A stretch of DNA of 60,269 bases, filler included, from Porpidia crustulata (GCA_964255105.1; 12 parts of 12 records of this genome joined end to end with filler, not necessarily neighbours in it), one strand, 5' to 3'. Positions 1 to 12,181 are shown, counted from the first letter of the whole stretch. Notes: generated by a model not told the origin, from the letters alone. Made by a program: numbers and translations.

Positions 1-305
1 GTGCCGAAGTACCCAAGCTTTGATAAATTCACAACGATCTAATTCGGAGGGTTTTAGGAGAAGCTGGTAGGACTTACACCGGGTGTAAATAACCCTTTAG
101 CAGACATCCTATCCGGCTAGGGAGCAGGACCTGGTTTCTATGAGGGAGCGGTTGTGATCCGGCTACGGAACCTTTGGTTAATGCATATCCTGAACCCCGG
201 GCTTAATGGCCTTTTCTATGCCATCTGCGATGACGGACACCGCTTGAGTTTCAGCAGCCATACCTCCCGTGTCGTGTCCCAATGTATGCCGGATTAAATC
301 ACCAC

Positions 306-1560
306 TTACGCGGCCGTCATCTCCGTCTGCATTCCCTTCACGCTCTTCCACTCCATTGCCACGCTGCCAACGCTCGTCAGGCATGCCATAACGAGGACAA
401 CCTGAAAAACATTGACCAAGGCATCATTGTACGTTTGGATGACTCCTTGCAAAAACTCCGGCGGGATTATATTGCGAATCTCGGTCGCACCTGCACGCGC
501 CGCGGCCGCTGCACTCACTCCTGGGACGTTCCGGGCGATATAGGTAATCAACTTATTGGTGAGCACGCTGTTGCCCACGGAGACGAATACGGAAGCACCG
601 AAGAGTTGCAGGAAAATCATCGTGGCCGTCGCGATGGGAATCTCAGACATGTCGAGTACGGTCTGAACAGCGATCAATGGCGGTTGCAGGCCTAGACCGA
701 TACCGAAGCCCAGAATAACTTGGTACCCGATCCATGCCGAATGGCCGGTACTAGGTTCGAAGGTAAGGAGTAGACCGGCACCGATAGATGTCAACACCGA
801 GCTGGCGAGCATGAAGGGGGTGTAATAGCCGATCTTGGAAACACTGGCACCAGAAAGTATCGTTCCCACGACGACAGACAGCAAAATCGGAATGTTCCTA
901 ATACCGGACTTGTATGCGCTGACGCCCTTCACGACCTGAAACCAGATCGGGAGGTAGTAGATTACCACGAAGAAGGCGGAGCCCATAGCGAAGGTAAAAA
1001 TGCCCGCGGCCCAGACGCTTCGTTTCTTGATCATATCCGGACGAATGGTGGCGTATTCTGGTCTCCAAAATTGGACGCCAATGAAGACTACCATGCAAAC
1101 CCCGAAGACGACCAGGAGGGCAATGATGCGGCCGCTGGACCAGGGATAGGTGGAGCCCCCTATCTGAAGCGCAACAAGCAGACAGACCACTCCGGGAAGG
1201 AAGAAGGTCGTTCCTATGATGTCAAATTGCTGTGCACGCTTTTTCCATGGGAGTGATGTAAGTTGACTTTCTTGAGCAATCGGCTTGAAGAATACAATAA
1301 CCGCGACAGCGACGCCACCAATGGGAAGGTTGATGTAGAAGCACCATCGCCACGAAACCTTCACGGTGAATGCTCCACCTGTATTGCGTTAGCAGATGAA
1401 ATCCCTATTTATCAACGAAGATGTTATGACGAGACATGAATGTGTGGTGCAGCCAGCTCCATAGAGAAGTACTACAGAAGGCAGATTGTGACGATGAGAA
1501 GAGACGCATCCTACCTAGTAAAGGTCCAACGACGGAAGCGATGCCGTACATGCCTCCAAT
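306..1560 (-). CDS. MFS drug/toxin efflux transporter moiety (DHA2, 14-TM, AflT/GliA-like), TM5 to C-terminus only
   Basis: GPLLGG motif C, SWRWCFYINLPIGG, multiple hydrophobic helices and the C-terminal MEWKSVK. No TM1-4 or motif A is found upstream. Confidence 0.9.
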
Positions 1561-3048
1561 GCTGTTGAATGTTTGGATCATAGTCAAGTCTCGAACCCGA
1601 AGAAGCGCTTCTTCCACAATGCTGATAGAGCCTGGGAGAGGAAGAACAGTGTCCATGATGACCAGGCGCGCGCGCGGATTCGCTTTCAAAGCCTCTAGAT
1701 GGTTCCTGAGGATATTTAGTGCATCTGCGGCAGGCCAGTCGTGCAGAATCATTCGGAAGAGATAGACATCAGCGCCTTCAAGGGTTTGTGGGGCAAAAAA
1801 GTCGTGATTCTTGGTGCTTATACGTGAGCGTATGGTCTCGGGATGGGAAGAAAGTAAGGCGGAACTATGAGCGATCGTGTCGGGGAGATCTTCGACCACA
1901 AATCTAAGGCTGGGGAAAACTTCTGCGAGTGCGATGCTAGAGCTGCAGGTGGACCCGCCCACCTGTCTTCATGGTTAATGAGAGGTCCTATAAGACAAGA
2001 GATGGGCACCACGATGAAAACATACATCAACGATAACGGCCTCGCCCAGACTTTCCCAATCGTATCCGGTCTGCAAATGCTTAAGGCTGGTTCCGGTGCT
2101 AGCTTGTACATTCTTCATGTACAATGCAAACTGCTTGGAGGTTTCTGGGGACTGCGCAAAGAAGTCGAAAAAGGGTCCGTCAGTACGAGTGGCTACGTTG
2201 AAAGCTGTCTGGTTTTTCTTGTCAGTAGTACCCCACTTCTCGGTTGTCTGCGCAAAAGCCGCTGCGGTCGGCATCGGGTATTGGGCCATGAAGTCGATCC
2301 AATTCGTAAATCCGGTGTTCGTGACGAAAAGGCGAGAGACCGAATTGTGGGCAACGCTATGGAGAGTAGGCTGAGATAAGAAGTTGCTGGTCATAGCCAT
2401 ACGTACGACACTCTTCAGTTGGGATTCGGGCACGCCTGTTGTTTTCGCGAGTTTGGTGTAAGAAATGGAGCCGTGGAGGGGAATCGAGGGGAGGATTTGA
2501 AAGCGAGATAGCCATCGGAGGCATGAGAGTACTTGATACTACAACTCAAGTCAGAGATTGCGTATGTCGATGCCATTGGCAGCGTGTAGCGATCGGACCT
2601 GGCATTGGACCAGAATATGGATCAAGGATAGTAAAACATCATTTACAGAGATACATTGTGTATTCTCTCATTTGGACATCAAAAATGGAATTACCAAACG
2701 AACGTCAACATTGGATGAAACGAGATCAAAACGAACATGAATAGCTAGATTAGGGAGGTACTCCGCCGGCTCCAGGACCACTTGCTGAATCATAGCCGCG
2801 GAAGCGATAATCTTCTGTCGAGCAGCTTGGATATCGAGAGGAGCCGTGGGAGGGATAGTGATAGCTGGCGCCTCCGGATCGAAGGCTGGGTGCGGTAAAG
2901 CATTCTCATCGCAGTAAGCGGTGATCGTTTCCGCTGCTGCGCTGATTTCGTTCACATATGTCTGAAGCGGAGGAACGCTGATTTCAGGTTGTGGTTGAGA
3001 GATTCCATTACGAACATGGGCCATTTTTGTTGACATTTTATGATGCAA
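306..3048 (-). CDS. Chimeric ORF: secondary-metabolite O-methyltransferase (AurJ-like) fused in frame to the C-terminal part (TM5 onward) of a DHA2-family MFS transporter. Exons 3048-2737, 2538-2026, 1962-1515, 1378-306; about 781 aa
   Basis: All three introns have GT..AG ends and branch-like motifs, and the exons sum to 2346 nt in frame. OMT motifs: LSCLRWL, GVPESQLKSVVRMAMT, IVDVGGS, HDFF, YLFRMILHDWP, IMDTVLP, RDLTMIQTFNS. These run directly into MFS motif C (IGGMYGIASVVGPLLG|GAFT), then WRWCFYINLP, YYLPIWFQ, GYYTPFM and MEWKSVK. The start codon could be 3048 or 3036. Confidence 0.8.
1561..3048 (-). CDS. O-methyltransferase moiety (SAM-dependent, Methyltransf_2 type), lacking the usual C-terminal ~40 aa
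   Basis: N-terminal dimerisation region (LPHPAFDPEAP...AARQKII), SAM-binding DVGGS and the LHDW catalytic motif. It ends at FNS, without the following KER...W segment typical of this family. Confidence 0.85.
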
Positions 3049-4000
3049 GAAGGCGGATATTGTTATGGCCCGAGCTTGACGGGCAGACGATGAGTTCTGG
3101 ATATGTAGATGTCAAGCTGCAGGTCTTCAATGGAAAACCTGCGGGATCGGCTCCTTGAGCTGTTCCGCGACGGACACATAGGAGCATTCGGATTTCTAGC
3201 CTTACGCATGCTGTTGATGCATCAGCGTGGTGCACGAAAGGAGCAGAATCATGAAGAGTCTGAACGAGCGGCAGCTTGGGCGCCGGTCGGTATAGATTTC
3301 ATACGAAATCACTCGGATTTAGTGCGCCCCGAAAGAACTGGCGTGTACTCAATCCTTCTTTGGGAGAAAAGGGGCTCCTGCAACGTTGTCGGTCTTTTAC
3401 CGGCCTTGCCCTTCTTTTTCCCCTCGGGGCTTTCAGCGGCAAGGGCGCCCCTCTTTGCAGTACTGGTCCCTAAACCCGGGTAAACGACCGGAAATTGGTA
3501 CCCACGATTAAGCGCTAATATCCCTAAATAATCACATAATCTAGGCCGATACGCCGACAACAACCGACGACTACTTCCCGTTTCACAGCTCTTAACCCGT
3601 GGTACGCCCAACTATCGGTTTTCCATCGCGTGTTATCGGTATAATCCAGTCCTTGAATACGGAGCTGTAAATTGCTTGTTTCGCACAAACAGGTGCCCTT
3701 CATCGTATGTCCGAACAATTGAAGTGATTGGCGACAAGCAGCTATTCCTCCGACCTTGCGTTTGACCACGCTGACGTCAATCCGAATCCGTCCCTTCTGA
3801 TGGCGTTTCATCATGCCTCATGTTATTCCAATTATAACGATCTGTTCGTGGATAACCTTTTCATCGCTTGATACCATTTTTTGCGCCGATAACCAGTATT
3901 CTATTCAGCTGGCGAGTCGCTCTTATTGTATACCAAGAATATCTGCTTCTATGCCCAATTCACCGACAATTTCTCGTACATAACAATATCAATAAACAAG

Positions 4001-4945
4001 ATGATTATGGATAGCACTCTACGGATAGACAATCTATTCAACATAGACGGTCTGGTTGCTGTGATCACTGGTGGAGGCACAGGTTGGCAATCCCCTGTAA
4101 ATACGGAGCTTAAGGAGCCGACAACTGTTCACGTAGTTGCTTACGTTTTGTTGTGACCATCAGGCATCGGGAGAATGATGGCTATGGCGCTCGCAGAAAA
4201 CGGGGCGCACAAGATATACGTCGTCGGGAGGAGAGAGCAGCCACTCAAGGAGCTAGCGACCAAGTTCCCTGGGTATGCACCGTCCTAGATTTCCATGAGT
4301 ATTGCTTTATCTACAGACGTTCCATCAGAAAGCTATCTCGTTTACTGCCAGATTTAATTTTCGGAGAGCCTATGGGCTTATATTGATACGTCACAGTATC
4401 ATCATCCCGATGCGCGGCGACATCACCTCACAATCCGACCTCGAATCGATCCGCTCGCGCGTCAAAACCGAAGTCGGCTACATCAACGTCCTAGTCGCCA
4501 ACGCCGGAGTCACGGGCCCGATGCTCAAGGACCTCAAACCGCGACACACAATCTCGGACTTTGTCGACTTTGCCTGGAAGACGCCGATGCACGAGTTCAC
4601 CGACACGTACGCGCTCAACTGCACGGCCACGTATTACACCGTCCTCGTCTTCCTCGAGCTGCTGGACGAGGGCAACAAAAGCCGGTACCAGGGAGGCAAG
4701 AGCCAGGTCATCGCCACGGCGAGCACGGCCAGTTTTCTCCGCGACCCGAGGGCCGGGTACGCGTACTTGAGCAGTAAAGCGGCGGTCATCAGTCTGATCA
4801 AGTCGTTCTCGACCTTTTGCGCGCCGTGGGGGATCCGGTCAATGCTATCGCAGCGGGATGTTCGTGTCCATTTTTCCCTTTCCCTTTTCCGCTTTCCTCC
4901 CTCTTCATTTCTTCTTCTTCTTCAGGCTCTTAGTATCCCCTTGAC
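4001..4945 (+). CDS. Short-chain dehydrogenase/reductase, 3'-truncated by the contig end. Exons about 4001-4082, 4164-4272, 4397-4859; apparent 1-nt frameshift near 4837
   Basis: VAVITGGGTG|IG Rossmann motif across intron 1, VGRR, GDIT, LVANAG and catalytic YLSSK. Divergent from the OMT gene. Confidence 0.85.
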
Positions 4946-5045
4946 NNNNNNNNNNNNNNNNNNNNNNNNNNNNNNNNNNNNNNNNNNNNTTAATTAATTA
5001 ANNNNNNNNNNNNNNNNNNNNNNNNNNNNNNNNNNNNNNNNNNNN
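4946..5045. other. Artificial contig linker (44N-TTAATTAATTAA-44N). Identical linkers at 9984, 15019, 20052, 25085, 30117, 35146, 40175, 45203, 50228, 55249
   Basis: The same 100-nt spacer, with stops in all six frames, occurs 11 times at ~5.03 kb spacing. Confidence 0.98.
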
Positions 5046-5418
5046 AGCCACAACAACGCTCGGGGCTTTTGGATTCTCACTGTCAAAATCTCACCTTCTC
5101 TCCGCGTGGCCGGCGATCAGGAAATTCAGGATGAAGTTGCGGCTTAAAGCAGCGACAGCACCCGGAGTGCTATCCTAGCCTCTGTGCCTCTCCACCTTCA
5201 ACACGGCAAGGACTAAGGAGGGTGGGAGGATACTTCTGATCGTCCCCCCGAGTTTCAAAGTCAGCAAGGTAGGCCACGTGCCGAAGTGCCGATCCCAATA
5301 GCAGACAGGTTTCTGGCAACCAACAAGGACCGCCTCGCCTCGCCCCGCCGGTTCGCCATCCACAGTCCGCATGTTGGAAGGGATTGCGGGATAGTAGCAA
5401 GAGAAGGGGATAGATATA

Positions 5419-5446
5419 CTTGAGACTTGAGACTTGAGACTTGAGA
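5419..5446. repeat. Tandem repeat (CTTGAGA)x4
   Basis: Directly visible perfect 7-bp tandem repeat. Confidence 0.9.
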
Positions 5447-7717
5447 TTGGAAGATGGGTTTGACAGCCACGACATGTACCATTTTTGTTCATTGTCATAG
5501 ATGATACTTTGAAAACAAGCAAGCCAGCGTCTTCTCACATGCAACAGACAGCCAGGCTCCCAGAAGTCAAGAAGGCTGACCGACTACTTGCTAATGGGAA
5601 GCCGGTATCTCTTCACTAAAATAAGACCTACCTAGATAGGTAATTTCTTTTACTCCACCATTACCCTGACGTGGGTGAAGTACCCCAACGTCTTTTCTCC
5701 AGGGCCAATTGGGAACAATGCCATGAGAGTGGGTGGTGGGTGTCTCTTTTACTTTACCGACCCCCACACCGGAGATGCTGGCAATCTGCATCATGGCCCC
5801 GGAAGGCAAGCCAACTTCCCCGGCCGACGCAGACCCCCCAGCAATCCTTCGAAAATGCCGACCCGTTCCACATCCATGGAATTTCCATCTCCACTCACGA
5901 GTCAAGATGCTCAACCAATCTCCCCCCCCTTCGCTGACCCTTCTATGCTTTGTTATTCCCACACGCACACACTTATCGGAATACATGCGATCCATTCGCG
6001 ATGTGTCTGTAACGATAAGGCGATGACAAACTCCAAATATCCCGATTCCACAGGATCATAACGTTTCTCGGGATCTCAGGCTTCATATGCGCCTCTACTC
6101 ATGTCAACCCCAGATTCTACTCGATCCAGTGTCCAGTCTGACTCAGTAGTCGTCACGTTTTCTTGACCGCCAGACGGAATGACTTCGGAGACATCCATGT
6201 TCGTGGAGGGTTTAAATCTACATAGTACGCACAAAATAACAAGTAATAATCAAGTCTCATCTGACCCCATCTGACCATCAGTAAGTGATTGCCTTCCATG
6301 CCACGGGGGAGGCTGGAATAGGGTATCACGTGGAGTTTGTGGAGATAAGCTTCAAACGTCCCTCAGTACCTTATTCATCTCCACCTCGCTCGATCTAGAC
6401 GATTCGGAATCTCGACGCGGACTGTGTACCGCGGAGTCGGCAAACGAAAGTATGCACCCCCCCCAAAACGAACAACTCCAGGCTTGATTTGGACAGAAAG
6501 TTTATTCACTGTCGCACGTGGATGTCAATTTCAGGAAATGTACAATCGTAACAAGGTTTATGGCGCCGCCACGCGTACCGCCTTCTCGCCATCACCTGCC
6601 AGCTCCAGGCCTTTCAGGACGCCTGGGGTCTATGGTAGTGGTAAGTAGTGGCGATGCGTGCCTGGCTCTACCGTGGGCGTGGTGCTTTCTGTGGTGGGGT
6701 ACAACCGTACGAATCGTTTGCTTGGAACGGGAATGATACTTGAGCAGCATAATTGACATGATCCTGATTCAATCATCGTGCATTCTGCATCAACCCCCTG
6801 AATCACCGTATTTGAACGCGTAGATACAGATGTAGATGCCAATCCTGGCATCGCTTTTTCCTTTGCGGTCGCAAGCAATAATGCAAGAGAATTGAGGTTC
6901 AAGGACTTCTTCACTTCAGGAAACTACGCATGCATGATGCCTTCTCCTTTCATCCTATGACTTAAGTTTCCTGCTATTCCTTATCCGTTTGTAATCCAAG
7001 CTCCCTTCCTTGGACTACGCACTCGATCATGATGGTAGGCTACATAGTCCGAATGACCCTCAGACGCTTGTTTCGGCGTCATTCCGGAGAGAATTTCTCC
7101 TTCACTCAACTTTGAACGTGATCGCGCTTGAAACGCAATGAAAAGATATCTGGGGTGTCTTCAACCTAGCTAGGCAGCACCAGCAATTGGCTCGTCTACC
7201 TAACCACTTTCAAATCCGTAATAGTCTTGCTTAGGCATGTCCTTCAATTCAATTTCTGAACAAAATCTCGAAAATTTCTGAAGTCATCATGGGCTACGGC
7301 AGCCACCACAAGTCAGACAGGTCAAAAGTTCAAACGAAAATAGCCGTTTGTCTGATAGAGAATTGTCGGTTCTTCACAGCTTCAGAAGCACCATCCCATT
7401 TCAAACGGCTTTGAGACTTCAGGTCTCTTATCAAAAATATATTGGTAAGAATGCGTTTGCCATGTAAGAACCTACCATGCAAAGGTTTCGGGCAGCTTGG
7501 CTGTTCGCCAAAACCTCTTCCAAGCCAAATCCCGTGGATTTCATCATCTTCGCACGGGTGTATGCATTTGTTTTATTTCCAGGCATGCTGCCTTTGAGCT
7601 CCTTTCGAAGATTCACGTAATAAGGTGATGATCTGTCTTTCTTCTACGAGTGTGTGACAGTTCTGCTTCAGAAATACTTTTGTTTTTTTAGATTACTTAC
7701 CTCGCAACACTGAAAGA

Positions 7718-9872
7718 ATGGGATCCAATGGGGCTATGGTGCTAGACAATGGTAAACCTATCCCCTCTGTTGTGCTCCTCTAAGTATAAGACTGAATCAA
7801 GAGACACTGTAGATATCAGCGTTCCTGATGTTCCTGACGAGCTTGAGCTTCCTGACGAGCTTGATGTTCCTGACGAGCTTGATGAACTCCAGACCACTTC
7901 ATCCCTTGAAGGTCTTCAGACAGATGAGCAGCGGCGAGTCCTAGATATCATCGCCCAACTCCGTAAATGTGGCCTTGAAAGCGTCCTTTCACTACCCCAG
8001 CTCGTTGTTTGTGGCGACCAATCAGCCGGGAAGAGTTCTGTGCTGGAAGCCCTGACGGAGATCCCATTCCCGAGGAACGATAATCTTTGCACCCGTTTTG
8101 CGACTGAGATTATTCTACGCCGGGCGGTTACTAACTCGCTCACTATCAAAGTAATAGCGGACACGAAACGACCCAGTAATGAGCAAGAAGCAATTGGTGC
8201 TTTCGAAGAATCCATCACAAACTTTGATGAGCTCCCTCGCGTCATGACCGAGGCCATGAAAGTCATGGGCTTGGATAGCTTGGACAGCACATCGATTTCA
8301 GCTTCCAATGCCAAGGCCTTCGCCAAAGATGTACTGAGCATTTTGATAGAAGGTCCATCAAGGCCTCAGCTTACCCTAGTAGACCTTCCTGGTCTAATCC
8401 AGAATCAGACCAAGGGCGTCACAGAAGCCGACGTGGACATGGTCAAGGAGATTACCGACAGTTACATTTGTAAACCCCGCACGATTTGCCTCGCTGTCAT
8501 CACTGCAACCAATGATTACGCCAACCAAGTAATCGTGACAAAGGTCCAAAAAGTTGATCCCAACGGAAACCGTACGCTCGGCATTATCACCAAGCCTGAC
8601 AGATTGCCTGCGGGCTCAGGGAGCGAACAGGCGTTCCTGAATCTAGCAAGAAACGGTGATATTTTCTTCAGCCTAGGCTGGCATGTACTCAAAAACCGTG
8701 CTTTCGAGGAGGGTGGTTGCTCGTTGCTAGAGCGCAACGCCTCGGAGGCTGCTTTCTTTAGGAAGTCCAATTTCAAGACTCTTCCAGGCGAGTGTGTTGG
8801 AATCGACTCGCTGAGACATCGTCTCAGCCAGCTGCTATTCGATCACATCAAGCAAGAGCTCCCGCAATTGCGAGAAGATCTCGATACGGCATTAGCTGAT
8901 ACCAAGAGCGAGTTGAGTACGTTGGGTGACTGCCGAACAACAGCGCAAGATTGCAGGACATATCTTATGCAGCTCAGCCTCGGCTATCGTGATGTTTGTA
9001 GAGCAGCTGTTGGAGGGAATTATGAGGGCGACTACTTTAAGCATAACACTGATAACAGCTTTTCCGTCAGCTCCTCCTCGACCATCCGCAGACTACGTGC
9101 AGTGATTCAGTATATGAACACTCAATTTTCTGACACTGTTCGTACAAGGGGTCACAAGTACCATGTAAAAGTATCCGGAGATCTCAAGCACCCGGAAATT
9201 CCCCCTCTTGCTGATGAGCCGTGTGAGGACAGTTCTGATGAGGACATTACTCCACACGCTTCCAATACTCACAACAGTCTTTCGGCTCTGAACTCCATGG
9301 AACCCACCAAATTGTCGAAATCTCAAGCGCTCGCATGGGTTAAACAAGTCCTTACCAGGACTCGCGGGAAAGAGCTTCCAGGCAATTTCAACCCATTATT
9401 GATTGGCGAACTGTTCTGGGAACAGTCTTCCAAGTGGCGCCGCTTGGCAGCAGATCACTTGGAAAAAGTGGCAAGCGTTTGCAGCCGTTTCGCCGCGGAT
9501 TTCTTCCAGCAAAATTGTCCTAAAGACGTCCATTCTCGGCTCTGGTCATCCAAAATTCAAGGCGAGATGAAGACGCGCACCAAGGCCGCAGTAGAAGAGA
9601 TGGATCGGATCATGATGGACCTTCAACATTATCCCATCAATTACAATCACTACTATACCGATACGGTCAAGAAGAGACGCCAAGCCAGGCACAAGGAATC
9701 TCTCGCGGATATCGTTGAGGGTGCAACCTCACTTACTCACCCTGATGCCTTTAGCAGGTCCACGAGTATCGATGTCGACAAAGTCGTCGGCCAGTACTCC
9801 GAGCGGATAGACCCAGACATGGAAAAGCACAGCTGCGAAGAAGCCCTCGACTGCCTCTTTTCCATCTACAAG
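7718..9872 (+). CDS. Dynamin-superfamily (Mx-like) GTPase, 3'-truncated; the GED exon lies beyond the contig end. Probable exons 7718-7751 and 7813-9872
   Basis: G1 LPQLVVCGDQSAGKSS, G2 LCTRF, G3 DLPG, G4 TKPD, LGWHVLKNR, and RGKELPGNFNP in the middle domain. A phase-1 intron (7752-7812, GTAAAC..TAG) gives the N-terminus MGSNGAMVLDND. A GCAAGT donor follows YK. Confidence 0.88.
7827..7880 (+). repeat. 18-bp coding tandem repeat x3 (DVPDEL/ELPDEL/DVPDEL)
   Basis: GATGTTCCTGACGAGCTT / GAGCTTCCTGACGAGCTT / GATGTTCCTGACGAGCTT. Confidence 0.9.
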
Positions 9873-11337
9873 GCAAGTCCTCGTCCCCTACAATCCTAAC
9901 CATCCCGTGCCCCCCCACCCCCACCCAACCATAAAAAGGCCCCAACCCCCCCACAACAAAAAACCCCCACCACCGGCACCACANNNNNNNNNNNNNNNNN
10001 NNNNNNNNNNNNNNNNNNNNNNNNNNNTTAATTAATTAANNNNNNNNNNNNNNNNNNNNNNNNNNNNNNNNNNNNNNNNNNNNACCCGAGTCCCCGCCTG
10101 GTATTAGGAATGAATGGGCTTGATTGTTTCCGGGGGACTTTGGAGGAGGTGTTGTGTTGAGGGGATTTTTGCGCTGGCGGGGGGGTTTGGGGTGCTAGCG
10201 TTGCTTTTGCCGCGAGATAGGTAGATCTTTATTGGTCAATCTATCACGACTTTTCGGTAGATTGTACATATCGTATCTCTTCAAATAACCGAGAATAGTA
10301 GTTTTCCTCGGAAGTTGCAAAAAAAAAAGTGCATGACTAGTACATATGATTTACACATATGTGAGGCCCCACGGCTTCACAGTCCTAAATCATTCGACTC
10401 CCGTACTACCTGGTTTTACATGATGGTTTCATTCCACGCGCTAGAGCGCAATCAGATTCGGAGGTGAACTCCCCCTCCCCCGTTCCACTCAAACATGCAA
10501 ACCAGGTTCATTCCTGTTACATAAAAATATGGAAGATTGCGAATTTGGCTCACTTTCCGAGTCTGACTTTGTATCTGAGATCGAGCAGGAAGGCATAGTT
10601 CGAGGTCGTCGTTGCAACAGCTCAAGAGGAACAGGCACTTATCCAGGGGAGAAGGGGGAATTGAAGGTTTGGGATCGTCGCGGAGTAAAAGAAGTTGGTC
10701 TTAGTGGTGTCTTGTGGAGGAAGCAGCGGAAAGGAGGGTACAGAGGGTACAGAGGAGAGGGGAGGGGAGGGGATGGGAAAATGAGAGAGACAGTCTTTCC
10801 ATTGTTTTAGAGCCTCGAAAGTATTGAAACACGTTTCGTATATTCAGTCAGCAGACTTTTATTGGCATCGAATACTTTGGGATTCTGAAAATCATCGCTG
10901 CGGAGTGACCATGCGACGAAATGGTAGAATAGTCGTTCGCATCGGATGGTGCTCGACCTTGTTGGTCTGGTGAAGGACTGATACTGATACTTCAGACTAG
11001 GAATAGGGATATAGTGGTCTATCGTCAATTGGGCACGAGGAGAAGGATGGAGAAGTTATGAAGAGAGTTGGAAGCTCAAGTATTTGGAGGGTCTATTTGG
11101 TCGGATGCTAGGAATTTAGATCGTTATGAATGGGGAGATTTTGTTTATTTTGCAATTTTTCTGAGATCATAACGTGGAGGCTCTTAGAAGCACCCATGCT
11201 CAGGTAGATGCCAAGGAGTATCTTTAAATCGCCATTGCTCCCCCGTATAATACAACTCAGGGACCCACGCTTCACGAAGATCCAATCGCCAGGATGCCGG
11301 TACCCAAAGCGCCCTACTCCCTCGAACACATGTGGGT

Positions 11338-12181
11338 TCAATCTGCCAGCCTGTCCCGATCGTAAGTAAACCTGATGAGCAACGTAAAAAGCCTTTCAAC
11401 CAACCTGTAGCTGACCATCGTATCCACTCGGTGGTTACTCGTGCTAAAGCTCCTCAGCTGCACCTTTTCTCCGTCTTTGATTTCTTTCGCATCGCTGTCT
11501 CCCCACTCCATTGGCACATCCGAGTCCGCATCCGCGTACACCAGTACATTGAACGTGCAATTCCCATCCAGCTGCGGCAGGAAGGTCACGCTAGCCGTGA
11601 TCTGCCTGAATATGCTCTGTATCTCCGCTTGGATTTCTTTCTCCGTCTTCTCCGGTGGTGAAATTGCCGCGGCTTCTTCCGGCACAGCGTTTTCCTTATC
11701 GGTGGGCTTCGGGGTTTGAAGTTTCCTTGAGGGTTTATTAAAGATTTGAACATCGAATTGCCAGCGCTCGACGTGCTCGCCAGTTTCTTTGGAGGTTATG
11801 ACGACGACTAATTTCGAGATCTTGCCGCCGGTCATCCATTTGTTAAGCTGAGACATTATCTTTTTGATGTAGGCTTTTACTTGATCGTCAGAAGTGACGA
11901 GCATGTTGAGGCCATACTTCTTGACCCTAGGAAGCGCTCAGTAATTTGAACGAGCCTGGACGGGGATTTCTGGACCGGAGGACGCACGGAGTGAAATCTT
12001 CCGCAGGGTAAACGCCGCGTTGGAATAGAACAGTATTGATAGAGTACTCGAAGAATTCGGCGACTAGCTTAGAGGATCCTATAACGACTTAGTACTGGGA
12101 TTTTGTTTACTGTAAGTGGCGCAGAGTGGTACCTTTGAGCGAAAGCTTGTGCAACTTCGATTTGTCTTTCTCTGACGACAT
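11338..12181 (-). CDS. MAD2: Spindle assembly checkpoint HORMA protein Mad2 (4 exons)
   Basis: MSSEKDKSKLHKLSLKG|SSKLVAEFFEYSINTVLFQRGVYPAEDFT|VKKYGLNML...ERWQFDV...RQITASVTFLP...VQLRSFST...VSYR|LAD*. Confidence 0.95.

Noticed and set aside
5046..7700. Numerous short ORFs upstream of the dynamin gene
   Set aside because: No recognisable motifs and no consistent splice path. A degraded gene at ~6700-7620 (-) is possible but unsupported.
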